Origin: Pseudomonadota bacterium
GTDB lineage: Bacteria; Pseudomonadota; Gammaproteobacteria; Burkholderiales; Burkholderiaceae_D
Length of the DNA: 64,000 nt
Assembly: GCA_023422955.1 (NCBI GenBank)
Contig: JAFAGG010000004.1
Location: forward strand, 17,476-81,475
Reading direction: 5' to 3'
In this document: in pieces, positions 1 through 9,597 of the stretch
How positions within the stretch are numbered: the first letter of the stretch is position 1
How the letters are laid out: every line of letters begins with the position of its first letter
The notes under the pieces: generated by a model
Seen by the model: only the letters and a program-made list of their open reading frames with translations
The model's database searches: none
What the model was told of the DNA's origin: nothing
Translations under genes and position numbers: made by a program

Positions 1-308
1 TCGCCTTTTCCAAGGAGCCGATGCTGGCGCTGTATGCGATGCTGTTCTACATCGGCCTGCAACTGGCAGAGAGCTACATCCTCACGCCTTTCGTGGACCG
101 CCGCACAGTATCGCTGCCGCCCGCGCTGACCATCACCGTGCAGGTGATCATGGGTATCTTCTTCGGGATGCTGGGCATCATGCTGGCCACGCCGCTGGCG
201 GCGGTGGCCTATGTGATGATCAACATGCTGTATGTGGAGGATGTGCTGGGAGATGCGCCGGGAGAGACGCAGACAAAGGCTGCGACGCCCCTGCCTGGCG
301 GCGGCTGA
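1..308 (+). CDS. AI-2E family transporter (PerM/UPF0118-like), C-terminal fragment; 5' end lies upstream of the window
   Basis: The frame of ORF 21..308 stays open to the window edge. Hydrophobic helices and a LAESYILTPF...ATPLAAV pattern are typical of AI-2E permeases. Confidence 0.65.
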   Translation, partial: AFSKEPMLALYAMLFYIGLQLAESYILTPFVDRRTVSLPPALTITVQVIMGIFFGMLGIMLATPLAAVAYVMINMLYVEDVLGDAPGETQTKAATPLPGGG

Positions 309-323
309 ATAGGTGCGTCGCGC

Positions 324-1229
324 CTAGCTGGCGTCCGCTTGCTGCCGGTAATGCGCCAGCGCCTGCACGGCGTCTTCCAGGCACGGCAGCAGGCTTACAC
401 CGCGCGGCGTGCTGGGCAAACCCTGCACGCCGGCGCCGCCAGCCCATAACTTCACCCGCAACGGCAGCCCGGCACGCAGTTCGCGCAGCATCGGAAGAAT
501 CCGCTTCTTCGGAAAGGCCAAGCTAAAGGAAAGTGCCAGGATATCGACCCGGTAATCGGCGGCGGCCCGCACGATTTCTTCCAGCGGGGACTGCGGCCCG
601 AGGGAAATGCAGCACGCCTGCTTCGCCGACATCACCGTCTCCAGCAACAGCAGGCCGAGCGTATGCGCTTCGCCAGGTACCGTGGTCATCAGGATGCGCG
701 GCTCGCCCTGCGGCTGCAGCAGCGCTGCCAGTCCTTCGCGCATAAGTCCCTGCACGATTTCCGAGTACAGATGTTCATCCCTCACCGCGATCGCGCCGCT
801 GGCCCAGGCCTCACCCACCTGCCGGTTCATGGCCGGCATCACCTCTTTTGCAAAGGCAAGCAGTCCATGCTGCTGCAATTGCTGTTTCAGCTGCTCGCGC
901 ACGACAGCCGGATCGCGCGACTGCAACCAGCGCACGACCGGGGGGCACTCATCAGGCGCCAGGCTGAGCGAAGCGACCTGCTGCAGGACCCGGCTTTGCG
1001 CTTGCAGCTCGGGCAGCAGTGCAGGCACCACCCGGGATGGCCGGCCACCGGCATCCAGCAGCTGCTTGATCAGCTTGAGACGCTCCAGCTGCTCGGCGGG
1101 ATAAAGACGATTGCCATTGACATCGCGGGCAGGCGTCGGAAATCCGTAACGTGTTTCCCACTTGCGCAGCACTTCCTTGGCGATACCGGCATCCATTGAC
1201 ACTTGGGCAATGGAAAGTGATTCAGACAT
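324..1229 (-). CDS. MerR-family HTH regulator fused to a cobalamin-binding domain (CarH/LitR-like candidate B12-dependent photoregulator)
   Basis: N-terminal MerR HTH (LSIAQVSMDAGIAKEVLRKWETRYGFP). W-x9-EH (WASGAIAVRDEH) and E-x-H-x-x-G (EAHTLG) B12 signatures, followed by a Rossmann-like C-terminus. Confidence 0.8.
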   Translation of the reverse strand: MSESLSIAQVSMDAGIAKEVLRKWETRYGFPTPARDVNGNRLYPAEQLERLKLIKQLLDAGGRPSRVVPALLPELQAQSRVLQQVASLSLAPDECPPVVRWLQSRDPAVVREQLKQQLQQHGLLAFAKEVMPAMNRQVGEAWASGAIAVRDEHLYSEIVQGLMREGLAALLQPQGEPRILMTTVPGEAHTLGLLLLETVMSAKQACCISLGPQSPLEEIVRAAADYRVDILALSFSLAFPKKRILPMLRELRAGLPLRVKLWAGGAGVQGLPSTPRGVSLLPCLEDAVQALAHYRQQADAS

Positions 1230-1286
1230 AAAAAGGTCCTGAGTACGAGACGTGGCAAGTCTATCTTACTTTCATTTAAGTGCAAA

Positions 1287-1299
1287 TTGTCTAAGACAA
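1287..1299. promoter_or_regulatory. Perfect 13-bp palindrome TTGTCTaAGACAA in the divergent carH-like/MCP intergenic region; candidate MerR-type operator
   Basis: Read directly. On the minus strand TAGACA-19 nt-TAAGAT resembles a MerR-style promoter with a 19-bp spacer overlapping the palindrome. Confidence 0.3.
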
Positions 1300-1487
1300 A
1301 TTTATGTTATATTCCTTTCCCGAAAATAATTATGCTTTCAAAAACATATAAGAAGCTTCATCCAGAGCGTGAAAATAGGCTTCTTTCGGGCTTGCGCAGG
1401 AAGTTTCCTTTCCTCGGGAAGCAAAAGCACGTCTTTTGAGTTTTTGAAGTTTCACTTCTATGTCTCATCTTCTGACGAAAGAGTGTT

Positions 1488-3056
1488 ATGAAATCCGTAT
1501 CGATATCCCTGGGCAAGAAGCTCGCCCTGAGTTTTGGTGTGATCGTGGCCTTGATGCTGTTCCTGGCAGCCTTCTCGCTCTACAAGATGCATGAAGTCGA
1601 AACCGTCGTAAGCGAACAGAACCAGATTCGCACCGAAAAGCTTGAGCGGCTCTACACGATACGCGAGGCGCTGGCGCAAACTGGCCTGGCCGCGCGCAAT
1701 GCCTATATCTTCAGCGATAGCGCAGATGCTGCCCGCGAGCTGGACATCCTGGATCGCGAGAAGACGCTTTATCTCGAGACGCTGCAAGCAGTCACGCCAC
1801 TGTTTCGCGGCAATCCGCAATTCGAGAAGGTGCGCGCCGGGTTGCTCAACATGGCGGAAGAACTGAAGCGGCCGCGACAATTCCGCAACAGCGGCGAGAT
1901 GCAGGCGTATGGTGAATTCCTGGTCAAGGAATGCAGCCCGCTGCGCCGGCAGATCGTCGCGGATCTCGACCTGCTAGTAAGCGCCTTGCAGCAACTGAGC
2001 AACGAAGGCACGCAGGCGGTGGACCAGACCATCGTGCAGTCCGGCGTCGTCATTTCCATCCTGGCTGGCTTGATCCTGCTGTCCAGCACCCTCATCGGCG
2101 TGGCAGTAACCCGCGGACTGCTGCGCCAGCTGGGCGGCGATCCGGCCTATGCGTCCGGGATTGCCAACCGCATTGCGCAGGGCGATCTCACGGTCGATAT
2201 CGCCACCCGCCCCAATGACCGCGTCAGCCTACTGTTTGCAATGAAAACCATGCGCGACGGGCTGGTCAACATCGTGTCGCAGGTACGCACCAGCACCGAT
2301 ACGATTGCCACCGGCTCTCGTGAAATCGCCTCCGGCAACCAGGACTTGTCGTCGCGCACCGAAGAACAGGCTTCGTCGCTGGAACAAACCGCGTCGTCGA
2401 TGGAAGAACTCACGTCCACCGTCAGGCAGAATGCCGACAATGCCCGCCAGGCCAACCAGTTAGCAGTGGTGGCTTCCGAGGTGGCGGTCAAGGGCGGCTC
2501 GGTGGTTTCCGAAGTGGTGCATACCATGGACGACATCAACGAATCGTCGAAGAAGATCGTCGACATCATCAGTGTCATTGACGGCATCGCGTTCCAGACC
2601 AACATCCTGGCGCTGAATGCCGCCGTGGAAGCGGCGCGCGCCGGCGAGCAGGGTCGCGGTTTTGCGGTGGTGGCCAGCGAAGTGAGAAGTCTCGCGCAAC
2701 GCTCGGCATCGGCAGCCAGGGAAGTCAAGGAACTGATAGACAATTCCGTGCAGAAGGTGGAAACCGGTTCGGCGCTGGTTGGCGAAGCCGGCAATACCAT
2801 GAGCCAGGTGGTTGAGAGCGTGAAGCGGGTGACCGACATCATGACGGAGATTACCACCGCCAGCCAAGCACAGGCGTCAGGCATCGAGCAGGTAAACCAG
2901 GCGGTAGCGCATATGGACCAGGGCACGCAGCAGAATGCCGCGCTGGTGGAGGAAGCGGCCGCCGCGTCGCAGTCCATGCAGCAAGAGGCGGCGAACCTGG
3001 CGCGGATCGTCAGCGTGTTCAGACTCTCCGGCGGACAGCCTGGTGCAGCAAGCTAG
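1488..3056 (+). CDS. Methyl-accepting chemotaxis protein (TM, periplasmic helical sensor, TM, HAMP, MA signalling domain)
   Basis: 522-aa ORF with the conserved MCP hairpin [40 protein letters not shown]. Confidence 0.92.
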   Translation: MKSVSISLGKKLALSFGVIVALMLFLAAFSLYKMHEVETVVSEQNQIRTEKLERLYTIREALAQTGLAARNAYIFSDSADAARELDILDREKTLYLETLQAVTPLFRGNPQFEKVRAGLLNMAEELKRPRQFRNSGEMQAYGEFLVKECSPLRRQIVADLDLLVSALQQLSNEGTQAVDQTIVQSGVVISILAGLILLSSTLIGVAVTRGLLRQLGGDPAYASGIANRIAQGDLTVDIATRPNDRVSLLFAMKTMRDGLVNIVSQVRTSTDTIATGSREIASGNQDLSSRTEEQASSLEQTASSMEELTSTVRQNADNARQANQLAVVASEVAVKGGSVVSEVVHTMDDINESSKKIVDIISVIDGIAFQTNILALNAAVEAARAGEQGRGFAVVASEVRSLAQRSASAAREVKELIDNSVQKVETGSALVGEAGNTMSQVVESVKRVTDIMTEITTASQAQASGIEQVNQAVAHMDQGTQQNAALVEEAAAASQSMQQEAANLARIVSVFRLSGGQPGAAS

Positions 3057-3104
3057 TACGACTACCGGCGGGAAGCTTGCGCCTGCGGCAGCTGGCAGAA
3101 AAAT

Positions 3105-3135
3105 AAAATGGGGGCTGAACCAGCCCCCATTTTTT
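3105..3135. terminator. Bidirectional rho-independent terminator between the convergent MCP and Bug genes
   Basis: AAAATGGGGGCTG-aac-CAGCCCCCATTTT hairpin flanked by A-run and T-run. Confidence 0.7.
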
Positions 3136-3170
3136 ATTGCCGGCGACTCCTTAATGAAGCGATGGCCGCA

Positions 3171-4154
3171 TCAGTCTACCGTCGCACCGCTGTCCTTCAC
3201 CACCTTCGACCATTTGGTCGCTTCGGCCTGTACAAACTTCGCAAACTCTTCAGCCGAAGTGCCGACATATTCCGAGCCGGTGTCGGTCAGGACTTTCTGA
3301 AATTCCGGCTGCTTCATCGCGTCCTGGGTGGCCGCATTGATCTTGTTGATGATTTCCTTGGGCGTGCCGGCCGGTGCGAACATGCCGTACCAGGCGTAGG
3401 AAACCAGCGTCGGATAACCGGATTCGGCGAAGGTCGGTACATTGGGAATCAGGTCGGAACGACGGTCTGCCGTTACCGCAATCACTTTCACCTTGCCAGC
3501 GCGGATATGCGGCATGATCGCAATCATGCTGTCGAACATCAGCGGAACGTGGCCGCCGAGCAGGTCGGAGATAGCCGGTGCAGAACCCTTGTACGGCACG
3601 TGCGTCATTTCCAGGTTCAGGGTCGAGCGGAACAGTTCAGCCGTCAAGTGCTGAGGCGTTCCGGGACCGGAAGAGGCATAAGAAAACTCGCCTTTCTTCG
3701 ACTGGATATGCGCAATCAGTTCCTTCAGGTTATTGACGGGCATCGAGGGATGCGTGACCAGGACCAGCGGAACGCGCAGCAGGTTGGTAACCGGAATCAG
3801 ATCCTTGGAGGGATCGAACGGCATTTTCTTGTACAGGGCGGGATTGATGACGATGGGTGCGCTGGACGTGATCAGCAGCGTATGGCCATTCGGCGCTGCC
3901 TTGGCAGCCGCCGCGCTACCGATATTGCCGCCGGCGCCGCCGCGGTTGTCGATGATGAAAGGCTGGCCCAGCGATTCCGTCAGGCGTTTTGCCACCGGTC
4001 TTGCGGCGATATCCGAAGGACCGCCCGGCGGCCACGGAACGATGACGTTGACGGAGGAAGTCGGCCATTCCTGCGCGGCAGCATTCCAGCCAACCATGGC
4101 GAGCGGTAAACCGACTACCGCTAACATTTTGAGAAAACGTGTCGATACTTTCAT
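3171..4154 (-). CDS. Bug/TctC-family periplasmic substrate-binding protein (tripartite tricarboxylate transporter)
   Basis: 327 aa with a signal peptide. The PWPPGGPSD...NRGGAGGNIG motifs are typical of the Bug family. Confidence 0.85.
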   Translation of the reverse strand: MKVSTRFLKMLAVVGLPLAMVGWNAAAQEWPTSSVNVIVPWPPGGPSDIAARPVAKRLTESLGQPFIIDNRGGAGGNIGSAAAAKAAPNGHTLLITSSAPIVINPALYKKMPFDPSKDLIPVTNLLRVPLVLVTHPSMPVNNLKELIAHIQSKKGEFSYASSGPGTPQHLTAELFRSTLNLEMTHVPYKGSAPAISDLLGGHVPLMFDSMIAIMPHIRAGKVKVIAVTADRRSDLIPNVPTFAESGYPTLVSYAWYGMFAPAGTPKEIINKINAATQDAMKQPEFQKVLTDTGSEYVGTSAEEFAKFVQAEATKWSKVVKDSGATVD

Positions 4155-4471
4155 TTGATACTCCTTGTGCCTTGAAGAAGCCGTTCATCGCCAACGTTGC
4201 CGGGCGAACCTGCCGGCAGTCTACCCAAAAACAAATTCCTTAACATTAAATAAATCAAAAGAGAGATAAATCACTTTGGCGGCTCTCCCAAGTCCGGCAG
4301 CGCCCTCTCTTTTGCACCAAATGTAACAAACCCCGCATGAAATCTAGCGGTTTCCAGTCCAAAACTCCCTTATGAAAACTCACGTAGCCGGCTCTTCCAA
4401 ACAACGACCATGAAATGGTCATAATCATCCAAGAAAATTAATCCATACAATCAAGGCCTTATAAAAATATT

Positions 4472-4485
4472 TTGATATCGATCAA
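4472..4485. promoter_or_regulatory. Perfect FNR/Anr box TTGATatcgATCAA upstream of the globin-coupled sensor gene
   Basis: Exact match to TTGAT-N4-ATCAA. A -41.5 placement predicts a TSS near 4520, with CAATAT as a -10 candidate at 4508..4513. Confidence 0.75.
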
Positions 4486-4566
4486 ATTATTTCAATTTTC
4501 TATGTGGCAATATTTCTCTGTAGTAAATTTGTAACCAACAATGATGGCTACGCGGATCTCGACACC

Positions 4567-7254
4567 ATGACCTCTTCCTTCCCGCCTTCCCCGGCGTTTT
4601 TGTGCGATGGCACCGGAGTGGCTTTGCCTGAGCAGGAAGTGAAGGAGCGCAAGAGTTTTCTCGAACTGTCGGAGCATGACGAAAGCCTGTTACGCAACCT
4701 GCATGCCAAGCTGAATCAGGAAGGCGGCGAACTGGCGGAAGCATTTTATGAGCATCTGCTCAGGTATCCGCGACTTGCCGACCTGCTGAAACATCCCGGT
4801 ACACTAGCGCGCCTGAAGAAAAGCCAGGCGGCCTACTTCCAGGCCCTGACCGCCGGCAGTTACGGGCCGGCCTATGTACAGGAGCGGGTGGACATAGGCA
4901 TCATCCACCAGCGCATCGGTCTCGATCCCAAGTGGTATATCGGCGCTTACCGCAAATACCTGTCCCATCTTTTCCCGCTGTTGCAGCGCCTGTATGCGGA
5001 TCAGCCTGATACGCTGCTGGCTACTTACGATGCGCTGATCAAGATTGTTTCCTTCGACATGAGCCTGGCGCTGGATGCCTACTTCGAAGCCGACAAGCGC
5101 GAAATCATCCGCCACAAGGAATACGCGGAGCAGTTGATCACGGCATTGCCGGATGGACTGGCGGTGGTCGATGAGGCCATGGAGATACGCTCGCACAACC
5201 CTGCCATGTCCCGGCTGCTGTGCTTGTCCGAAGCCGGTACGGTAGCTTCGCCCTTCTTTTCTGTCGCTGCCGGAAAACCGGACCTCACCAGCGAGAGCCA
5301 GCACCTGGTAGGCCATGATCTTGCCGCACTGCTGCCCGATGCCGCCTTGCAGGAAACCGTTTCGGAAGTCATACATTCCGGCAGTCCCGGCAAGGGCATG
5401 CTGGTCAAGCTCGCCAGTCATCAAAATAACCGGCATCTCGACATACAGGTATCGCCGGTATGGGTAAATCAGCAGCCCTGCGTGCTGCTGATTGCCAAGG
5501 ATGTGACGGAACGGCTCAAGATACGCAACGAACTGCGCGAAAGCGAAGAGCGTTTCCGCCTCACCTTCAATCTGGCCGGCGTCGGGCTGGCGCATGTCGC
5601 ATCGAACGGAAAGATCCTGCGCGTGAACCAGCGCATGCAGGAAATTCTCGGATACAGCGAACAGGCATTGCAGGAAATCGATTACCTGGAAATGATCCAC
5701 CCCGACGACCGCGATGCCGACCGCATACCCTTGCAGCAGGTGTTGCGCGGCGAGACCGATTCCTACTCGCTGGAAAAACGTTATCGGCACAAGCAGGGCC
5801 ATTACGTGTGGACGCAGTTTTCCATGTCCAGCATCAGGGCGGACCAGGAAGCCGACCGGTATTTCATCGTGGTGCTGGAAGACATTTCCGAACGCAAGCG
5901 CCATGCCGAGGAACTGGTGCGCATGGCGCAGTACGATGCGCTGACCACGCTGCCCAATCGCGTGCTGCTGCATGACCGCCTGCAGTATGCAATGCGGGTG
6001 GCCATGCGCACCAAAAAGCAGCTTGCATTACTGTTCCTGGACCTGGACCGCTTCAAGGATGTCAACGACAGCCTGGGCCATGAAGCCGGCGATCAGATGC
6101 TGAAGGAAATCAGTCAACGGCTGCTTTCCCAGTTGCGCGGCAGCGATACGGTGGCCCGTCTGGGCGGCGATGAATTCGTCATCCTGCTGCACGATATCGA
6201 GCGTGAGGAGCAGGCGGCCACCGTGGCGCGCAAGGTGCTGACTGCCATCGCCAAGCCGATCACCATCAGGAACGTGGAATTCCTGCCGACCGCCAGCTTG
6301 GGCATCAGCCTGTTTCCCCGGGATGGAGAAGATGGCGAAACGCTGCTGCGCAATGCCGATATTGCGATGTACCGCGCCAAGGAGCTGGGCAAGAATACTT
6401 TCGAATTCTATTCGGAAGCGATGAACCAGGCGCTGATGAACCGCCTGAAGATAGAAAGCGGCCTGCGCCATGCGCTGGACAACCAGGAATTCATGCTGCA
6501 CTTCCAGCCCCAGGTGCGTGCCGATTCCGGCGCGGTGATCGGCGCTGAAGCCCTGATACGCTGGACGGCGGCCGATGGCAGCGCCATAGGGCCGGATACT
6601 TTCATTCCGATTGCGGAAGAAAGCGGCCTCATTGTTCCCATCGGAGATTGGGTCTTGCGCGAAGCCTGCCGCCAGGCCAGTTTATGGCATGAGCAAGGCA
6701 TAGGCCCGGTGTTCATCACCGTCAACTTGTCGGCCCGCCAGCTGCGCGATGACATCGTTGCGCTGGTAAGGTCGGCGCTGGATGAAACCGGCTGCGATCC
6801 GGCTTGCCTGGAACTGGAGCTGACGGAAAGCATGCTGATGCAGTCGCCGGACGAGATCGCGGAAAAGCTGCGGCAATTGCGCGACCTGGGCGTGCATATT
6901 GCGATCGACGATTTTGGAACCGGTTATTCCAGCCTGACTTACCTGCGCAAATTCCCGATCGACACCCTGAAGATAGACCGGCATTTCATCGCCGAACTGA
7001 ATGAAGACGGCGATAGCATGGCCATCGTGCGCGCGGTGATTGCGATGGGACGCGCGATGGGTTACCAGGTGGTGGCCGAAGGTGTGGAAACGCAGGACCA
7101 GATTGACCTGCTCAAGCGTGAAAACTGTCATGCGATGCAGGGATATTTCTTCAGCCACCCGGTGCCGGCGCCGACCTTGCTGCGCATGCTGCATGAAGGA
7201 TTCGATTCGCCGACCGGCGATCATTTTTCCGCACCTATGCAAAACGCTGCCTAG
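4567..7254 (+). CDS. Globin-coupled sensor - PAS - PAS - GGDEF - EAL protein (O2-sensing c-di-GMP cyclase/phosphodiesterase candidate)
   Basis: Sensor-globin motif IIHQRIGLDPKWYIGAY plus distal Tyr region AEAFYEHLL. Intact GGDEF, EALIR, DDFGTGYSS and KIDR motifs. The ORF opens at 4504, but ATG 4567 fits the predicted TSS better. Confidence 0.88.
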   Translation: MTSSFPPSPAFLCDGTGVALPEQEVKERKSFLELSEHDESLLRNLHAKLNQEGGELAEAFYEHLLRYPRLADLLKHPGTLARLKKSQAAYFQALTAGSYGPAYVQERVDIGIIHQRIGLDPKWYIGAYRKYLSHLFPLLQRLYADQPDTLLATYDALIKIVSFDMSLALDAYFEADKREIIRHKEYAEQLITALPDGLAVVDEAMEIRSHNPAMSRLLCLSEAGTVASPFFSVAAGKPDLTSESQHLVGHDLAALLPDAALQETVSEVIHSGSPGKGMLVKLASHQNNRHLDIQVSPVWVNQQPCVLLIAKDVTERLKIRNELRESEERFRLTFNLAGVGLAHVASNGKILRVNQRMQEILGYSEQALQEIDYLEMIHPDDRDADRIPLQQVLRGETDSYSLEKRYRHKQGHYVWTQFSMSSIRADQEADRYFIVVLEDISERKRHAEELVRMAQYDALTTLPNRVLLHDRLQYAMRVAMRTKKQLALLFLDLDRFKDVNDSLGHEAGDQMLKEISQRLLSQLRGSDTVARLGGDEFVILLHDIEREEQAATVARKVLTAIAKPITIRNVEFLPTASLGISLFPRDGEDGETLLRNADIAMYRAKELGKNTFEFYSEAMNQALMNRLKIESGLRHALDNQEFMLHFQPQVRADSGAVIGAEALIRWTAADGSAIGPDTFIPIAEESGLIVPIGDWVLREACRQASLWHEQGIGPVFITVNLSARQLRDDIVALVRSALDETGCDPACLELELTESMLMQSPDEIAEKLRQLRDLGVHIAIDDFGTGYSSLTYLRKFPIDTLKIDRHFIAELNEDGDSMAIVRAVIAMGRAMGYQVVAEGVETQDQIDLLKRENCHAMQGYFFSHPVPAPTLLRMLHEGFDSPTGDHFSAPMQNAA

Positions 7255-7382
7255 GCGCAACCCTGGCTCGAATGCCCGGGCCGCACAGGTTTAGTGTTAT
7301 GTTTGGTTTTTATTTTTAATTTGCACAAAGACAGGACGGCTTCTCCTCCCTCTTAACCGGGAAGCCGTTATACCGTAACGCG

Positions 7383-8024
7383 ATGGGGCGACTCTGTCGG
7401 AAGCAGTTTTTTTTCATCTTAATGCTTACACTCGAAATATCTCCGCCCGACCTCACCAACCAGTTGCACATCCTCAAGGTAGCCCTTAACGCGCGCGACA
7501 GTTATACCAATGCCCACAGCAACCGCGTGGTTGATCTCGCCACCGAACTGGGAAAGCGCTGCAGCCTGTGCGAGGCGGAACTGAACACACTGCGCATGTC
7601 CGCCGCCATGCATGACATCGGCAAGCTGGGCGTACCGGACAGTATCCTGCTGAAGCCCGGCCGCCTGTTGCCGGACGAGTGGGAAATCATGCAAAGCCAT
7701 GTCACCGTGGGACAGAAAATCGTGAGCAGCGTGGACATGGAGGATATAGACCAGATCGGTCTCAACGTCCGTCATCATCACGAGGCTTTCAACGGCTCAG
7801 GTTATCCGGACGGCTTGCGGGGTGAGGCGATTCCCGTAATGGCGCGCATCATTGCGCTGGCCGACAGCTATGATGCAATGACAACTACCCGCCCCTATCG
7901 TCAGGCAATGAAGCATGAGCGTGTGATGGAAATTCTCTCGGACGAAGCAGGCCGTAATTTTGATCCTTATCTGCACATGAAATTCTTGCCCTTGGTGGAA
8001 CAGTTGAAAAACAAATGCGCATGA
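7383..8024 (+). CDS. Stand-alone HD-GYP domain protein (c-di-GMP phosphodiesterase family)
   Basis: HSNRV...AAMHDIGK...HHHEAFNGSGYPDGL motifs. Start is uncertain (alternative ATG at 7422) and there is no clear SD. Confidence 0.8.
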   Translation: MGRLCRKQFFFILMLTLEISPPDLTNQLHILKVALNARDSYTNAHSNRVVDLATELGKRCSLCEAELNTLRMSAAMHDIGKLGVPDSILLKPGRLLPDEWEIMQSHVTVGQKIVSSVDMEDIDQIGLNVRHHHEAFNGSGYPDGLRGEAIPVMARIIALADSYDAMTTTRPYRQAMKHERVMEILSDEAGRNFDPYLHMKFLPLVEQLKNKCA

Positions 8025-8177
8025 AGGGATAACAAACTTTGCAAGTTCGCATTTGCCTAATCACTAATCCTTAAGCTTGCGCCTGCGTCCTTATAAGACA
8101 AGGGCCTCTGTTTAGGATACACTTGGACCGCACCATTCTCGTGCATTTCTATTTCCGTGTTTCGTGGTGATGCGCTT

Positions 8178-8951
8178 ATGACCCAACCGATCAGCTTCAC
8201 GCAAGACAGCTCTTCCTGCTCAAGCCAGCTGGATGTGGAAACCTTGCGTACGCGTTGCTCCGCTTGCAGCATGCATGAACTGTGTCTGCCCATGGGCCTG
8301 GATGAAGGCGACATAAACCGGCTGGACCAGATCATCGGACGCCGCCGTCGCATTCCCAAGGATGGCACCTTGTATCGTGTTGGTGACAGCTTCACCAATC
8401 TCTACGCGATTCGTCTCGGACATTTCAAGACCTTCCAGATCAGCCAGGGCGGCAGCCAGCAAATTACCGGTTTTCAGATGGCAGGCGAACTGCTCGGCAT
8501 GGATGCCATCAGTACCGAGCGGCATCAGTGCAATGCTATAGCACTGGAAGATAGCGAAGTGTGCGAAATTCCATTTTCCCGACTGCAGGATCTGTTCAGC
8601 GAAATCCCGACCTTGCTGCGACATTTCCATCGCATGATGAGCCAGGAAATCACGCGTGAGCAAAGCGTGATGCTGCTGCTGGGAAGCATGCGGGCGGAAC
8701 AGCGCTTCGCCGCATTTCTGACCAACCTGTCCTCGCGCTACGCGATGCGCGGCTATTCCTCCACCGAATTCCAGCTGCGCATGGGCCGCGAGGAGATCGG
8801 CAATTACCTGGGATTGACGATAGAAAGCATCAGCCGCCTGCTCAGCAAGTTCAAGAAGCAAGGCTTGATCAAGGTAAGCAACCGCGACCTGGAAATCGCC
8901 GACCTCTCCACCCTGAAAGCCGTCGCGGCCGGCACGCAGAGCTGCGGGTAA
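8178..8951 (+). CDS. fnr: FNR/Anr oxygen-sensing CRP-family transcription factor
   Basis: N-terminal C-x2-C-x5-C cluster (CSACSMHELC), a further upstream Cys and a central Cys (ERHQCNAI). cNMP-like fold and C-terminal HTH (REEIGNYLGLTIESISRLL). The ORF opens at GTG 8157. Confidence 0.9.
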   Translation: MTQPISFTQDSSSCSSQLDVETLRTRCSACSMHELCLPMGLDEGDINRLDQIIGRRRRIPKDGTLYRVGDSFTNLYAIRLGHFKTFQISQGGSQQITGFQMAGELLGMDAISTERHQCNAIALEDSEVCEIPFSRLQDLFSEIPTLLRHFHRMMSQEITREQSVMLLLGSMRAEQRFAAFLTNLSSRYAMRGYSSTEFQLRMGREEIGNYLGLTIESISRLLSKFKKQGLIKVSNRDLEIADLSTLKAVAAGTQSCG

Positions 8952-8972
8952 TCATCCGGCTTCCTGCCAGGA

Positions 8973-8996
8973 TAGACATCAAACTAGACATCAAAC
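8973..8996. repeat. Tandem 12-bp direct repeat TAGACATCAAAC x2 just downstream of fnr
   Basis: Read directly. Confidence 0.6.
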
Positions 8997-9028
8997 GAAC
9001 AGGGGCGCCAAGATTGACGCCCCTGTTC
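8997..9028. terminator. Hairpin between convergent fnr and ccoH (probable bidirectional terminator)
   Basis: GAACAGGGGCG-10 nt-CGCCCCTGTTC. Confidence 0.55.
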
Positions 9029-9046
9029 ATTCCCCCCGGCTTCCTG

Positions 9047-9577
9047 TCAGGCAGGATTCATTAGCGGCTGCAGCACGATGGCGGACTGATCCGGCCAGCG
9101 CCATTCGCCATGCAGGCGCCAGGCCCGCTCCTGGCCCTCCAACTGCACGCGCCAGCGCGTGTGCTCCAGCGCAGGCAAGGCCACCGCGAAGCTGCCGTCG
9201 GCATCGGCATGCACGTTCAGCGTAAGGTCATGCGCACGCTGGGTGGGATGGACCAGGCGTATGGTCATGTCATCGCCCGCGCTTTCCATCATGCCGCTGA
9301 CCTTGCCCTGCAGGCGACCGCTCTCGGCGGCAAATTGCATATCCACTTTCAGGCCAAGCTCGGCGGCAACCCGGTCGCGCCGCAGATCCTGATTGATCGC
9401 CTTGCCCTGCTTGTAATAGTCATCCACCACCAGCGCATCTTCAGCTTCCATCGACAGCCAGATGATGTGTATGCAGGCCGCCATCACAATGGCGGGGCCC
9501 AGCATCAGCAACCATGGCCAGCGGTGCTTGTACCAGGGCTTGTTATCTTTCATAGTCATGGAGACGCTTGCATTCAT
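9047..9577 (-). CDS. ccoH: FixH/CcoH cbb3 oxidase assembly protein
   Basis: N-terminal KPWYKHRWPWLLMLGP TM anchor, position after ccoG, and a GAAGAGG SD 5 nt before the ATG. Confidence 0.8.
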   Translation of the reverse strand: MNASVSMTMKDNKPWYKHRWPWLLMLGPAIVMAACIHIIWLSMEAEDALVVDDYYKQGKAINQDLRRDRVAAELGLKVDMQFAAESGRLQGKVSGMMESAGDDMTIRLVHPTQRAHDLTLNVHADADGSFAVALPALEHTRWRVQLEGQERAWRLHGEWRWPDQSAIVLQPLMNPA

Positions 9578-9597
9578 AAAAACCTCTTCGGGTTGGC

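Noticed and set aside
4504-4566. The upstream in-frame ATG at 4504 as the start of the globin-coupled sensor.
   Set aside because: The FNR box at 4472 predicts a TSS near 4520, downstream of this ATG. The extra 21 residues (MAIFLCSKFVTNNDGYADLDT) precede the conserved globin domain. This remains uncertain because ATG 4567 has only a weak SD.
4804-5973. Long antisense ORFs opposite well-supported genes (this 389-aa one; also 13125..14126, 15543..17759, 18011..19117, 19902..21020, 59924..62113 and many others in the track).
   Set aside because: Each lies fully inside a gene with clear family motifs on the other strand. Their products are Arg/Ala/Gly/His-rich and low in complexity, as expected from stop-poor antisense frames in GC-rich DNA. 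No SD or family resemblance was seen.
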